A DNA stretch of 64,000 bases. It comes from Paraphysomonas bandaiensis (Eukaryota > Protista > Chrysophyceae). Positions within the stretch are counted from its first letter, which is position 1. Each line of letters begins with the position of its first letter. The notes below the pieces were generated by a model. That model did no database searches. It was not told the origin of the DNA and saw only the letters and a program-made list of their open reading frames with translations. A program made the position numbers and the translations under genes. The stretch is taken from the NCBI GenBank assembly GCA_965644295.1, contig CBFFRP010000108.1, forward strand, positions 186,001 through 250,000, read 5' to 3'. Below, in pieces: positions 13,441 to 26,200 of this stretch.

Positions 13441-13984
13441 TCTAATTGCAAACGCTCCAACCGAATAGCCTGGTTTTGGATACAATGCATACGCATAAAG
13501 CTATCTTTACCATTACTACTTACAGTAGTAGTATTAGTACCTATGCTCTGAGATGACGCGGCTACAGCCGTTGGGGGCACAGTACTAGTAGGTGGAGAGC
13601 ATAAGCAGGTGGAGGATCATAAGCAGGTGGAGGATCATCAATTTTTCTCATTAAAAGATCACGAAGTTCTGCTAGTCCGGACATCATTTCCTGACGAAGT
13701 TCAGCAACAGTGGGAGGTATCAGATCTGCTTTCTGCTGGGATTCGACGACCCCGTCACCATCTTCATGTACAGTACTACTGTCCCTGCTCGTGCGTTTTC
13801 GCGGTACCTCTTCCTCCGAGTCGTCGTTGGATATATGTCGCCACGAATGTCGACGACATTCACACTGTTATTAACTTCATAGTTACTTATTGTGCATAGT
13901 TATACCCTTTTCCGACCATCACCAAAAATTTCACCAGGTTTTGGTATTACCTCGACTTTAGTTCATCTAAAGAACAGATAGAGA

Positions 13985-14130
13985 AGGTGGTTGCACCTTG
14001 GTGCTTGCGGCGACGCACAAGCAGCCTTCGTAGCGTCGAATATATAGTAGGATATTAGTATTAAGTATTAAATAGATTTCTGTTTAGTTTTTTAACACTT
14101 ACATGCCTCTATTGCTAAATAATCAGACAT
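13985..14130 (+). repeat. 3' part of the same dispersed repeat family
   Basis: GGTTGCACCTTGGTGCTTGCGGCGACGCACAAGCAGC...TTACATGCCT...AATCAGACAT matches 13088-13250(-) and 49820-49940; a weaker copy lies at ~15152-15310. Confidence 0.75.
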
Positions 14131-14303
14131 TATATATGGACAGTACCACGCAACCGAGTGACAGTAATAATTTCGTCAACAGGAGTATACGTGATAGAGG
14201 GGCTACCATCATCATCAGACAATGACTTCATCTCTTGTTCTGATTGTATATATAGAAATAAGCAAGGCTTACTATAATATAAAATACATATATATATATA
14301 TAC

Positions 14304-14631
14304 TAAAAAAACGGGGAGGAAGGAAGAAGGACAAGCCTCTTTTCTACCCCTCCTATATCTACTATTAAATCTACTTATTAAATCTACTTTACTATCTATA
14401 TTACTTTTTATTATAACAATATAAATAATATATAAAGTAATTAATTTTATTTAAGAATATAAATAATATATAAAGTAATTAAAAGTTATTAATAATATAT
14501 AAAGTTAAATTAGCAAAGAGAAGGAATTACAACCGAAGGTTGTAATTGGAAACTCTCGAAGAGAAGAGCCCCTTGCAGGGGTTAGGGGTAGAAAAGAGGC
14601 TTGTCCTTCTTCCTTCCTCCCCGTTTTTTTA
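14304..14631. mobile_element. MITE-like element with perfect 48-bp terminal inverted repeats
   Basis: 14304-14351 is the exact reverse complement of 14584-14631; AT-rich interior; flanks compatible with a TAC or TA duplication. Confidence 0.85.
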
Positions 14632-15995
14632 TACTACTACACACAACATATATATTATACCAGATTGATTACTATTGTCTCTGAGTCATAGTTTTCCACG
14701 TCCTCGAAAAATCCATCACCTCTATCCTGCTTCCCCTACATATATGATGGAGAGGGCTCCGCATGCTTCGAAACAGAGGACTCAGACACCACAACGCAGA
14801 CACGGCACCAGTAACACCGACTACGACCCCACCACACACTCACACAGCAACGCCAGTCACAGGATACTCACCCGACACCTAAAGTACTCCAACTACTCCA
14901 CAAGCGACATCCACCCCAAGAATTCTATCCTCTGCAAGAGTCCGAACCTGACAGAGACAAGCGCCACCACTCCGGAAACAACTCCTCCTTACTTGTGGCC
15001 GAAATCCCACCTCGACAACCAACACCATCTCCACCACCGACTTACACTTGCATATACATCTAGCCCCAACCATCCCCCGTATTACCCATGATACAGGCCC
15101 GCCAGACACACTGCCCAAAGGCAGACCCCCCGACTAACCTCACTACAAGAGACGGTTGCACCATGGTGCTCGCAGCAATGCACAAGCAGTCCCGAGACGG
15201 TTGCCCGCCACTAGTAGTACATAGTAAGCCCAGATTAGTCAGCCTATAGATTGATATAATATACTAGTTTCTGTGCCCAACAACCGTTCACATGTAATTA
15301 TCAGACTTTCCTATATATGAGTCATTGGTAATTATATCACCACAATCCTACCCCTCCTTCCTCCTCCTGGCATCAAGCCTCGCCTTCTTTGCACGTGCTG
15401 CCTTCTTTTCAACATTTGTCTTCTTCCTCGCCGCACGCTGCTCTTCCCTGCCCGGGTATACATTTGGCAGGACTCCCACCGTATTGGCAGGTGTAGAACC
15501 GTCACAGTTGCGGACAACAACTCGTGGAGGTATCTTCCTTGCACCGGCAGACTTGTTGTTCTCCTTGTGTAAAACACAAGCCGTTGCCTTGACCCTCCTA
15601 ATGCCGTCTGCGCGGGCTCCATATATAACCCACCGCGTACCCCTCGTTCTCTGGATTCCACTTCGAAATCAGATACCCCAGTTCCACTGAAAATGGCATC
15701 TCTGAGTGGAATAAAGAGCCCACCAATTTCGTTGTAGACAAAGTCTTGAGTACTATCACTCTTAGGGGTCTCCAGCCACTCTTTCAATTCCTCGGCTACT
15801 TTCGGCTTCTGCTTCGAATATTGCTCTACTATTTTTTCCATAGTGAAGAAGTTAGCTCATCATATATGAGCCAGCTATGAAGGGGACTGGGGAAAAGTCA
15901 CCTCTTGGAAGCTCCTTCAAGAAGTTAAAGGGCTTCTCGCGAGGAAGGGGTTAGCTCTAGACTTCACAAAGTTGAGCAACGAGGCCACAAAACGA

Positions 15996-16248
15996 CTGCT
16001 GTTCCTTGGCTTCAACAAGCACTTGTGGACCGCAACGACAATGCAAATAGCTCATCGATGATGGACCGGTCAGTATAGAGGTGGTTACAACATGATGATG
16101 AAAACCCAATAACAATGCAGCAACTAGTACTCTATGTATTCCAACTCCTCGTCACTGTCGTCTTCATCCGACGGTCCACTTCATCGATGAGCTATTGCAT
16201 TGTCGTTGCGGTCCACAAGTGCTTGTTGCAGCAAAAGAACAGCAGCAG
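15996..16248. repeat. Inverted repeat, ~80-bp arms, ~90-bp spacer
   Basis: CAACAAGCACTTGTGGACCGCAACGACAATGCAA(A)TAGCTCATCGATGA and its reverse complement at ~16172-16248. Confidence 0.85.
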
Positions 16249-16339
16249 TTCGAGTCGTCGTGGGTTAATTCCTTGTCGCAAGTGTGTCATGATAATATTG
16301 GTTATATGCTGAACAAGCGCTCCACAATGTTAGTTATAC

Positions 16340-16980
16340 TATATAATATGTGTTTGGTCGATTGATACTGGTGGGTGTTAAGCTACCGAGTATCTGCCAG
16401 TTCTGGATGATCTCGTGACGACGGGGCCAGCAGCGGACATTTATCACAGCAGTTGACTGGGACGGTTCCATCCCCTGCGGACTTTGTACAAGTGCTCCGG
16501 GAGAGGAAGCTCCATCAGCGCTCATCAAGGGGCAGGCGTGCAAAGGGCTCCAAGGGTGGTGACGAATGTGTCAGTATTGGGTGAGATGCATTTATTGTCT
16601 TCATGTGTCGATGACGAGTGCAGCCTATTACAGGAGGCAGATTCCATCTCTGGTACTCGTCAGCGGGACCTAAGGTGCCTCAGACATATTCCGAATCCTT
16701 GGAGTTCAGCAAGACAAGCTGAACGTGTGACGGACTGGAACGTAGGGGAGTCCTGGAAGTCAAGCCCATCCCTACCGGTGTCACTCCATTGAAATCTAAG
16801 TATGTTTTTGCCTTGAAACGCAACAAGGAGGGTGCAATTCAACGATATAAGGCAAGACTAGTAGTACTTGGATGTGGAGACCATGAAGGTGACAGAGCCA
16901 ACAATTATGCTCCAGTGGTAAAAGCGATAACAGTGAGATTGCTTTTAACTATCGCTTTTGTTAAGAATATGGTGTTTACT
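16340..16980 (+). pseudogene. Degraded Copia pol fragment (integrase-RT linker and RT N-terminus)
   Basis: PIPTGVTPLKSKYVFALKRNKEGAIQRYKARLVVLG...YAPVVKAITVRLLLTIA (RVT_2 pattern); RVVTNVSVLGE parallels RVIVNIHKLGD of the intact Copia; frameshifted and truncated. Confidence 0.85.
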
Positions 16981-17268
16981 AGGCCCTGCCGACATTTCAA
17001 CTATACTCACCACGGTCAACGCTACTATGATCTTGTACCGCATGTGGACGTATTGTCTCAATATAACTAAGTTACGGAGTAAAAAACGGTGTATTTTCTG
17101 CTAACCGAAGTCCTTTACCCTTTGATTTGAAAGAAGTGTTGTATTAACTAGCTATTGTAACAATCTGCAAGGTTTCTTCTAGAACCACGGCGTGGTGAAG
17201 ATCAACATCCACACAAGAGCAAATAACATTGAAACAATTAAATTTAAATTTACAAAACATTAAGTACT

Positions 17269-20200
17269 TCACAGATAGTTATCGTTTCCCCATACCAACT
17301 CTCTAACATTAAAAGGTGCATGGGCAACGTGCTCATTGGAAAGCGCGTCCACACTTAAGTGCTGTGTCACTGCCGAAAATTCTTGTGATTTGCCGACACT
17401 TCGATCAGATTTACCAACACTTGCGCGTAGGGCGTTCGATTTACTGTTTTCCTTTATTTCTTTCATGTGTGCCGTGTTCGCTAATGCAGCAGGTGTTTTC
17501 GTAATACCAACCAGTGATCGTATCTTCAGTTCTCGTCGATATAAAGATTTAACAGACTCTACCATTACAGTCCTTGGAGGACGGGCATCAGGACAGGCCA
17601 TTGCTCTCCATACACGCAGCACTATATTGCGGAATACACTGACACATCGCGCTGGTAATGTGTACTTCGAAGGGGTCACAAATAATGCATCACCGGAAAC
17701 TTCAGTATTGTCTTCCTTTTTCTTGGCAGGAGAAGACGGAGCAGCTTTGGCTTGTGCAGTCGGATGAGAACTCCTCACAGCGACACTCTTAGGTGCCTCC
17801 ATGCGCCATAAGAGAAGTAAAACTCTGCACGCGGCTGGGTCGTTTAGTATACGCGGGAAACTACTAAATATAGGATCACCAGTCGGCAGCCGACCAGACT
17901 GGGGAAGAATCCTTTCAATCTGAGACTGAAGCTCCTGTTCACGAATGGTATCAGCTAAGTAGTGACGGTATACACCTACAGCCGATACACTTTGGGCAGG
18001 AATAATAATATTCTGTGGGAGAGGTTGTAGTAGATTAGGCTCGGTCTGCGTAGCTGTTGAAATAAGAAATTCTAACTTCGAATGAATTTTGATACCAACA
18101 ACTCGTTTTATGGTCTCCAAGAGTCCTTGCCGCCGAGGAACATCACCTTTTTGAATCCCAACAACACAAAAAGGAGTTCCACCAGACATATCCAATGTTA
18201 TCTTCGTTGTTTTGCGAGTACCCATGCTGCTAATTGTATTCGAAATAGGAATCATTACCCATCCCGCAGACATTTCAACAGTCATGTAATCCTCATCCGA
18301 CCATCCCTCTTCCTCGGCCTCTTGAAGAGGTTCGTCTTTCGGGATTTCCTCATCCACATCTACGTTCTTTTCGTCTTCATCGTCGCTTTCATCGTCGTCT
18401 TTAGTATCTTTCTTACCAGTGTCCTCTTTCTCGGTTTCTTTAGTAGCATTCTTCTTGCTTGCGCGCTTCAATTTTTCGGTGCTAAATCTTATGTCTCCGT
18501 CAATGTGCGATTTCTTAAACAAAGTAGAGGACTTTAATTTTTCCTTCTTCTTCTTTTCTTCTTTCTCCTTTCGCTTTTTTTCTTCTTTTTCTCGCTTGAG
18601 CTGTGCCGCCATTTCACTTCGAGATGCCTTCATTGCTGCAGATATGGTGCGATAGTCCTCTTCATCCACACGCACGGTACTCACAAGCTCCATGAATAGA
18701 TATAAATTCTTTCCACTGACATTATTTTCAATATTGCTGCGATGATCCGCGTCATCAACAGTGCACCGAACAAAGCATGTCTTATCGGGATCAATTTCAT
18801 CTTCATTCGAAAAATGCCACATGTCAAGTTTCTTGGGGTTCACAGAGCCATGCAGTTTCATTACATTTCCTCTAAAAGTCGGAGATAGCCACTGCCCTTC
18901 ATATTCAGATTCTTCTGCCTTACATATAGCGAATCGAGCACACCTAGATCACAAAACTTTGAAAAGACAAAACAAAAACACTATAGGACAACCTGTTGAC
19001 AATGTTAGCCCTTCGCTTAGGAGTTTCGGTTGGTACTCCTGTCACGCGAAGGATTTGTACACTGAAGTCAAACTGTTTCGGAGCTAGGGTACTACCATCA
19101 GTGTCGTAAATGTTGGATAGATACAGATTCTAAAATATTATGTTAGCATACTCCAGAATTTAATAACGAACCACTTACTGCATCTAAATATTTAGATGGA
19201 CAGACAATTCTTCCGAGACTATGACTTGGGTCTTTTTCGATATCAGCCAAAACTGAAAGACGATAGTTAGCGGGAAGTCCAGCAAACATTGATAAATGTT
19301 TCTCTGGATCTGGTAAGACAGAATACTGCAACTGCACATATAGCATTAGGAAAAGCAAAACAAAGGATACCCACTCACTTTTCTCAATGCATATCTCAAA
19401 GGAACAGATAATCGTAGCATTGCATCATCATCTCTCGTCAACGCGTGTAGTTCCGCAAATTCCACCCATTCTATTACACCATTGCCATTGGTGTCGATAT
19501 ATTCCAACACTGTGTCGCATTCTTCTGCTGTAATATCGTCATTCTGCATGGTTAATATGTATCTAAGCTCCGATGCGGACACTGTCCCATCATGATTGAT
19601 ATCGAAGTGATTAAAAGCTTCTCTAAGTGCAGTGAAAGAAAGTGCAAATGTATCTTTATATTTGCTTCGGATATAAGGAATGACGTGGTCCATGAACACA
19701 TTGTACTCAATAACTCCTGTGTCGTTAGGATCAGTAGCGTTGAGCAGGTCTTCTATGTCCTTAGGCGAGGGCTTTTGCCCTAGAGCACAAAGAACTCTTT
19801 CGATATCCAATGATGCAATTTGATTGGTAGCATTCTGATCAAAAATATCGAACGCGAGTTGTATAACATTCAACATACGAGCGTCATATTTCTTCAATAA
19901 CTCTTCTTGTATCTTACACTGACCATCTTCTGTCAGTCCACTTCCTTCCCATTCTGAAATTTCTTTTCGTTCTTTCTTCTGTGGAGCTCCATCATCATCA
20001 TCCGTTGACTCAACATCTGCTAACCCCTTCGAAAATTTCTTCGCATCAATACTAGTTCCTTCCGTGTCCCCATAAGTGTTAAATATTGTTTCAAGAGCAG
20101 TTTCCGGAACCAGCATTCCAATACTCAAAAACAAATCAGAGGTCTTTTCACGACTCAACTTTTTTCCATGCTTCGCAGTATATTTGACTAAAAATTCTCC

Positions 20201-23200
20201 AAAGTTGTAGCCTTGTTTCTTACGTATTCTGTCAACTAGATGTAGTCGGTACATTACATTCCAAAGAGAACAGCAGCCTAAAAATGATAATAGTTCAGGG
20301 TAGAGGACACAATCGGAATTTTCATCTTGAAATGCTTTTACAACCCGCCGAACAAGTTTAAATTCCACACCATGTACTTCTTCTTTAAGCGCAGCCTCAG
20401 CATTACCAATCGTTACCATTCCAGACACACGGTCGTCTGTTGCGGCAAAGTTGCGGAAGAGTAGAGCCATTAAACGTCGTAAACTAACCGAATCTGATCC
20501 GCGAAGCATTTTCTCCATAATCTGCGTCCCAGCTTCCACTGTAGCTCTACTCTTTGTAAGCGGCTCGTGCAGGATAAGAAGTAGCAAGGAGTAGTCGATG
20601 TCTTTTTTGAAATTTCCATCTACAAAGCATAAATTTTCAGTTAAGAGATTCGATTCCGCCTCCGTAAGATCCAGAAAGTTGTCCGTGGTGCGCTGCAAGT
20701 CACGAATGGTGATGCGACCATTCAAGTCTGGATCGCGGCCCATAATCGCCTCTCTGAATCTATCTTTCTTCGCTAAATCTGCACGCAGTGTACACAATTT
20801 CCTGAACATATTCTTGCCAAAATCATAATCTTTAGAGTCAGTTTCTGCTTTCTTCCCTCCAAGTAGTCGGCTATAGCGCTTGCCACTTTTCGAATCATCG
20901 GTTTCTAGTTTCTCAAGCATAACTGGGATGTTGACTTTTTCTCTGCTGGAAAGCTTTCCGATGACGCAATACAGCTCTGCTTCAGTGATCGGCAGCCGCA
21001 TGCGTGAAAACAGTTGCACAACTTCATCTAAGTCCATCTTCTTTTCACAATCGGCAAACATTGATTTATAGTCGATTTCCTTGATGCGCATAACTCGGAG
21101 AATATGCTTCAGCTTCTCCTCGGCTTTTGGAACAATCGTACAAGCCATTACGAGGGCACGAACAACACCTATATCAATTGTATCTTCTTGATTAGGATCA
21201 AAAAAACGAAGCAACTCAGCTAGTTGAGTTGAGGAGACTCCTGGTCTACTGCCTCCAAGTTTCTTAAGAACTGATTCAAAAGAAGCTGCATCGACGTAAC
21301 CTCTTCTCTTTCGATCATGGGGTGCCAAATTCTTAACAAAATCTTTAGCGGTTATACGTCTCTTTGAGCAAATTAGTTGCAACACAGCACCCGCTTCGGC
21401 AGTCGCATCGGTACCTTGGGAAAGTGAAAACGAAAAAAGCAACAGATCATCAACACTGACAACTCCTTCGCTAGAAACATCTAAACTTTCAAATAGTAAA
21501 TTACAGTCTGACTCCAGTAGCTGACATCCAATATGTTCCAAGGCTTTCGAAAACTTCGCTTTCGTTAGAAAAGACGAAGTCGATGTTTTGTCAATGTTAG
21601 TTCTTGAGCGTCTAACATCATCTGAACCATCCTTATTTCCCGAGCCAAACTCCGACAGCGCTGTAGACAAGCTTGCACGAGATGCACTCAAAAATGCAGC
21701 AGTTGCTTGTTCAATGTCAGTCAACAAGCTCTGAGGAAGTAAACAAGAGTCCTCCATACCACCGCCTCGACTGGCTTTGGAACGTTTCTTGTTACGCTCC
21801 TTCTCAATAGACGATATAATTTCCTCCACAGAGAGTACACTACTATCGTCACGGTATCCATGTTCTTTACACAGTTCCGAAAACAAGGCTTTAATTTCAC
21901 GTGAGGTTAAAACCGCACCAAGAGTGGACATGGCATCTTCGAATCTATCACAATTTATTCCACGATCCCGAGATCTACTGGTTCTGCCCTCTCCCTTAAG
22001 TGCATCTTCTAGTGCCTGTTCATCAAGCATTCGCATCTGGTTTCTAAATTTCTCCATCAACTATAAAAACAATACTTTGTCATTGAAGTATCTGATAATA
22101 GCATACGTACCTCTTCCGTTCCTATCTCCCCAATTCCTAGCCACCAAACAAACCCAAAGTAGTCAACAATTCCTTCCCCTGTCATATCAACACGACTTTT
22201 CAACAAATTTTCTTCTCTAGAAGATAGGGAGGGATAAAACTTTCGAATAACTTTCATGAATTCTCCCAAACGAATGAAACCCTTGTGGTGCTTGTCGTAT
22301 TTTTCAAACAGGCTTGTCAACACGTTAAACTTGTATTTCATTCTCTTGAATGCGCCATCTTGTAAGGATTGTTGTAGCTCTGTCAGTTCAGAATCTTCAC
22401 CTTCATCTAAAGCGAATGCGACAAAAGCATCGTAGGATATGCTTCCTCCATCAGCATTCGAATGATTCGATGGTACACTCAGGGCTGTCGTGAGGGCTCC
22501 CATATCTTCTGCACTAATCCACTCACTAAAAGCCACTGACTTTGAGCCTCCTACATCGTAAACCTCACGAAGCCCAGTTTTAAATTCACGCTTTGTTACT
22601 ACTCCAGAATTACGGTGATCCATACTCGCAAAGCATGAGCGTGCAGTCGAATCAACAGATTTGTCGCAATATCTCTTCACCACGCGGCGCAACGAAGACA
22701 CGGTAGCAGCCGACAAAATCTTATCAACCTTAACACGATTATCCCGACGGCGGTACTCTCTATTATCCTGATCAACGGCCCTAACGCCTGAGTTTGCAAT
22801 GCCTTCAACTTCGTTGCCGCTTTCAAAACGAATATCATATGTCCCATCACGATTTGCTTTCAATACACGACCCGGTAACCAACGACCCCGAACACGAGCT
22901 TCCACCTTGTCACCGCGCTCAAACTTCACACCCTCAGCATCCGAATCATCAAAGGGATCCTTCTTCAATAACTTCCCACCAACCTTACGCATCATACTAG
23001 TTGGTACCTTGGGCTCACGATCACCATCGTCATAATCAATAGCATAGGTACCATCTCGATTCGCTCGGGATATTACACCCTTGTACCAAGCAGCGCCACC
23101 ACCGAAACGAGCTTCCACCTTCTCACCTACACTGTAGGTCTGGTCCTCAAGCTCAGAATCATCAAATGGATCCTTTCGATGAGGGCTCTTCGATCGCCCA

Positions 23201-26200
23201 CCAGCGGCTCGAACTGTTGGCGCAGGAAGACCATACTCCTCATCCCCACCATCAAATCGAATATCATATGTGCCATCACGATTTGCTTTCAATACACGAC
23301 CCGGTAACCAACGACCCCGAAGACGAGCTTCCACCTTGTCACCGCGCTCAAACTTCACACCCTCAGCATCCGAATCATCAAAGGGATCCTTCTTCAATAA
23401 CTTCCCACCAACCTTACGCATCATACTAGTTGGTACCTTGGGCTCACGATCACCATCGTCATAATCAATAGCATAGGTACCATCTCGATTCGCTCGGGAT
23501 ATTACACCCTTGTACCAAGCAGCGCCACCACCGAAACGAGCTTCCACCTTCTCACCTACACTGTACGTCTGGTCCTCAGCGTCTGAATCATCAAATGGAT
23601 CCTTTCGATGAGGGCTCTTCGATCGTCCACCAGCGGCTCGAACTGTTGGCGCAGGAAGACCATACTCGACATCCCCACCATCAAATCGAATATCATATGT
23701 GCCATCACGATTTGCTTTCAATACACGACCCGGTAACCAACGACCCCGAAGACGAGCTTCCACCTTGTCACCGCGCTCAAACTTCACACCCTCAGCATCC
23801 GAATCATCAAAGGGATCTTTCTTCAATAACTTCCCACCAACCTTACGCATCATACTAGTTGGTACCTTGGGCTCACGATCACCATCGTCATAATCAATAG
23901 CATAGGTACCATCTCGATTCGCTCGGGATATTACACCCTTGTACCAAGCAGCGCCACCACCGAAACGAGCTTCCACCTTGTCACCTACACTGTACGACTG
24001 GTCCTCAGCATCCGAATCGTCAAAGGGATCCTTCTTCAATAACTTCCCACCAACCTTACGCATCATACTAGTTGGTACCTTGGGCTCACGATCACCATCG
24101 TCATAATCAATAGCATAGGTACCATCTCGATTCGCTCGGGATATTACACCCTTGTACCAAGCAGCGCCACCACCGAAACGAGCTTCCACCTTCTCACCTA
24201 CACTGTACGTCTGGTCCTCAAGCTCAGATTCAAAGGAGTCCTTTCGATGAGGGCTCTTCGATCGCCCACCAGCGGCTCGAACTGTTGGCGCAGGAAGACC
24301 ATACTCGACATCCCCACCATCAAATCGAATATCATATGTGCCATCACGATTTGCTTTCAATACACGACCCGGTAACCAACGACCCCGAAGACGAGCTTCC
24401 ACCTTGTCACCGCGCTCAAACTTCACACCCTCAGCATCCGAATCATCAAAGGGATCCTTCTTCAATAACTTCCCACCAACCTTACGCATCATACTAGTTG
24501 GTACCTTGGGCTCACGATCACCATCGTCATAATCAATAGCATAGGTACCATCTCGATTCGCTCGGGATATTACACCCTTGTACCAAGCAGCGCCACCACC
24601 GAAACGAGCTTCCACCTTCTCACCTACACTGTAGGTCTGGTCCTCAAGCTCAGATTCAAAGGAGTCCTTTCGATGAGGGCTCTTCGATCGCCCACCAGCG
24701 GCTCGAACTGTTGGCGCAGGAAGACCATACTCGACATCCCCACCATCAAATCGAATATCATATGTGCCATCACGATTTGCTTTCAATACACGACCCGGTA
24801 ACCAACGACCCCGAAGACGAGCTTCCACCTTGTCACCGCGCTCAAACTTCACACCCTCAGCATCCGAATCATCAAAGGGATCCTTCTTCAATAACTTCCC
24901 ACCAACCTTACGCATCATACTAGTTGGTACCTTGGGCTCACGATCACCATCGTCATAATCAATAGCATAGGTACCATCTCGATTCGCTCGGGATATTACA
25001 CCCTTGTACCAAGCAGCGCCACCACCGAAACGAGCTTCCACCTTCTCACCTACACTGTACGTCTGGTCCTCAAGCTCAGATTCAAAGGAGTCCTTTCGAT
25101 GAGGGCTCTTCGATCGCCCACCAGCGGCTCGAACTGTTGGCGCAGGAAGACCATACTCGACATCCCCACCATCAAATCGAATATCATATGTGCCATTACG
25201 ATTTGCTTTCAATACACGACCCGGTAACCAACGACCCCGAAGTCGAGCTTCCACCTTGTCACCGCGCTCAAACTTCACACCCTCAGCATCCGAATCATCA
25301 AAGGGATCTTTCTTCAATAACTTCCCACCAACCTTACGCATCATACTAGTTGGTACCTTGGGCTCACGATCACCATCGTCATAATCAATAGCATAGGTAC
25401 CATCTCGATTCGCTCGGGATATTACACCCTTGTACCAAGCAGCACCACCACCGAAACGAGCTTCCACCTTCTCACCTACACTGTAGGTCTGGTCCTCAGC
25501 ATCCGAATCATCAAAGGGATCCTTCTTCAATAACTTCCCACCAACCTTACGCATCATACTAGTTGGTACCTTGGGCTCACGATCACCATCGTCATAATCA
25601 ATAGCATAGGTACCATCTCGATTCGCTCGGGATATTACACCCTTGTACCAAGCAGCGCCACCACCGAAACGAGCTTCCACCTTCTCACCTACACTGTACG
25701 TCTGGTCCTCAAGCTCAGATTCAAAGGAGTCCTTTCGATGAGGGCTCTTCGATCGCCCACCAGCGGCTCGAACTGTTGGCGCAGGAAGACCATACTCGAC
25801 ATCCCCACCATCAAATCGAATATCATATGTGCCATCACGATTTGCTTTCAATACACGACCCGGTAACCAACGACCCCGAAGACGAGCTTCCACCTTGTCA
25901 CCGCGCTCAAACTTCACACCCTCAGCATCCGAATCATCAAAGGGATCCTTCTTCAATAACTTCCCACCAACCTTACGCATCATACTAGTTGGTACCTTGG
26001 GCTCACGATCACCATCGTCATAATCAATAGCATAGGTACCATCTCGATTCGCTCGGGATATTACACCCTTGTACCAAGCAGCGCCACCACCGAAACGAGC
26101 TTCCACCTTCTCACCTACACTGTACGTCTGGTCCTCAAGCTCAGATTCAAAGGAGTCCTTTCGATGAGGGCTCTTCGATCGCCCACCAGCGGCTCGAACT

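Noticed and set aside
13598-13638. Short 18-bp tandem repeats (also 36351-36385)
   Set aside because: Two-copy local duplications inside repeat debris; no further structure.
14675-15091. 138-aa T/H/P-rich ORF
   Set aside because: Non-ATG start, low complexity, no motif, and within TE debris.
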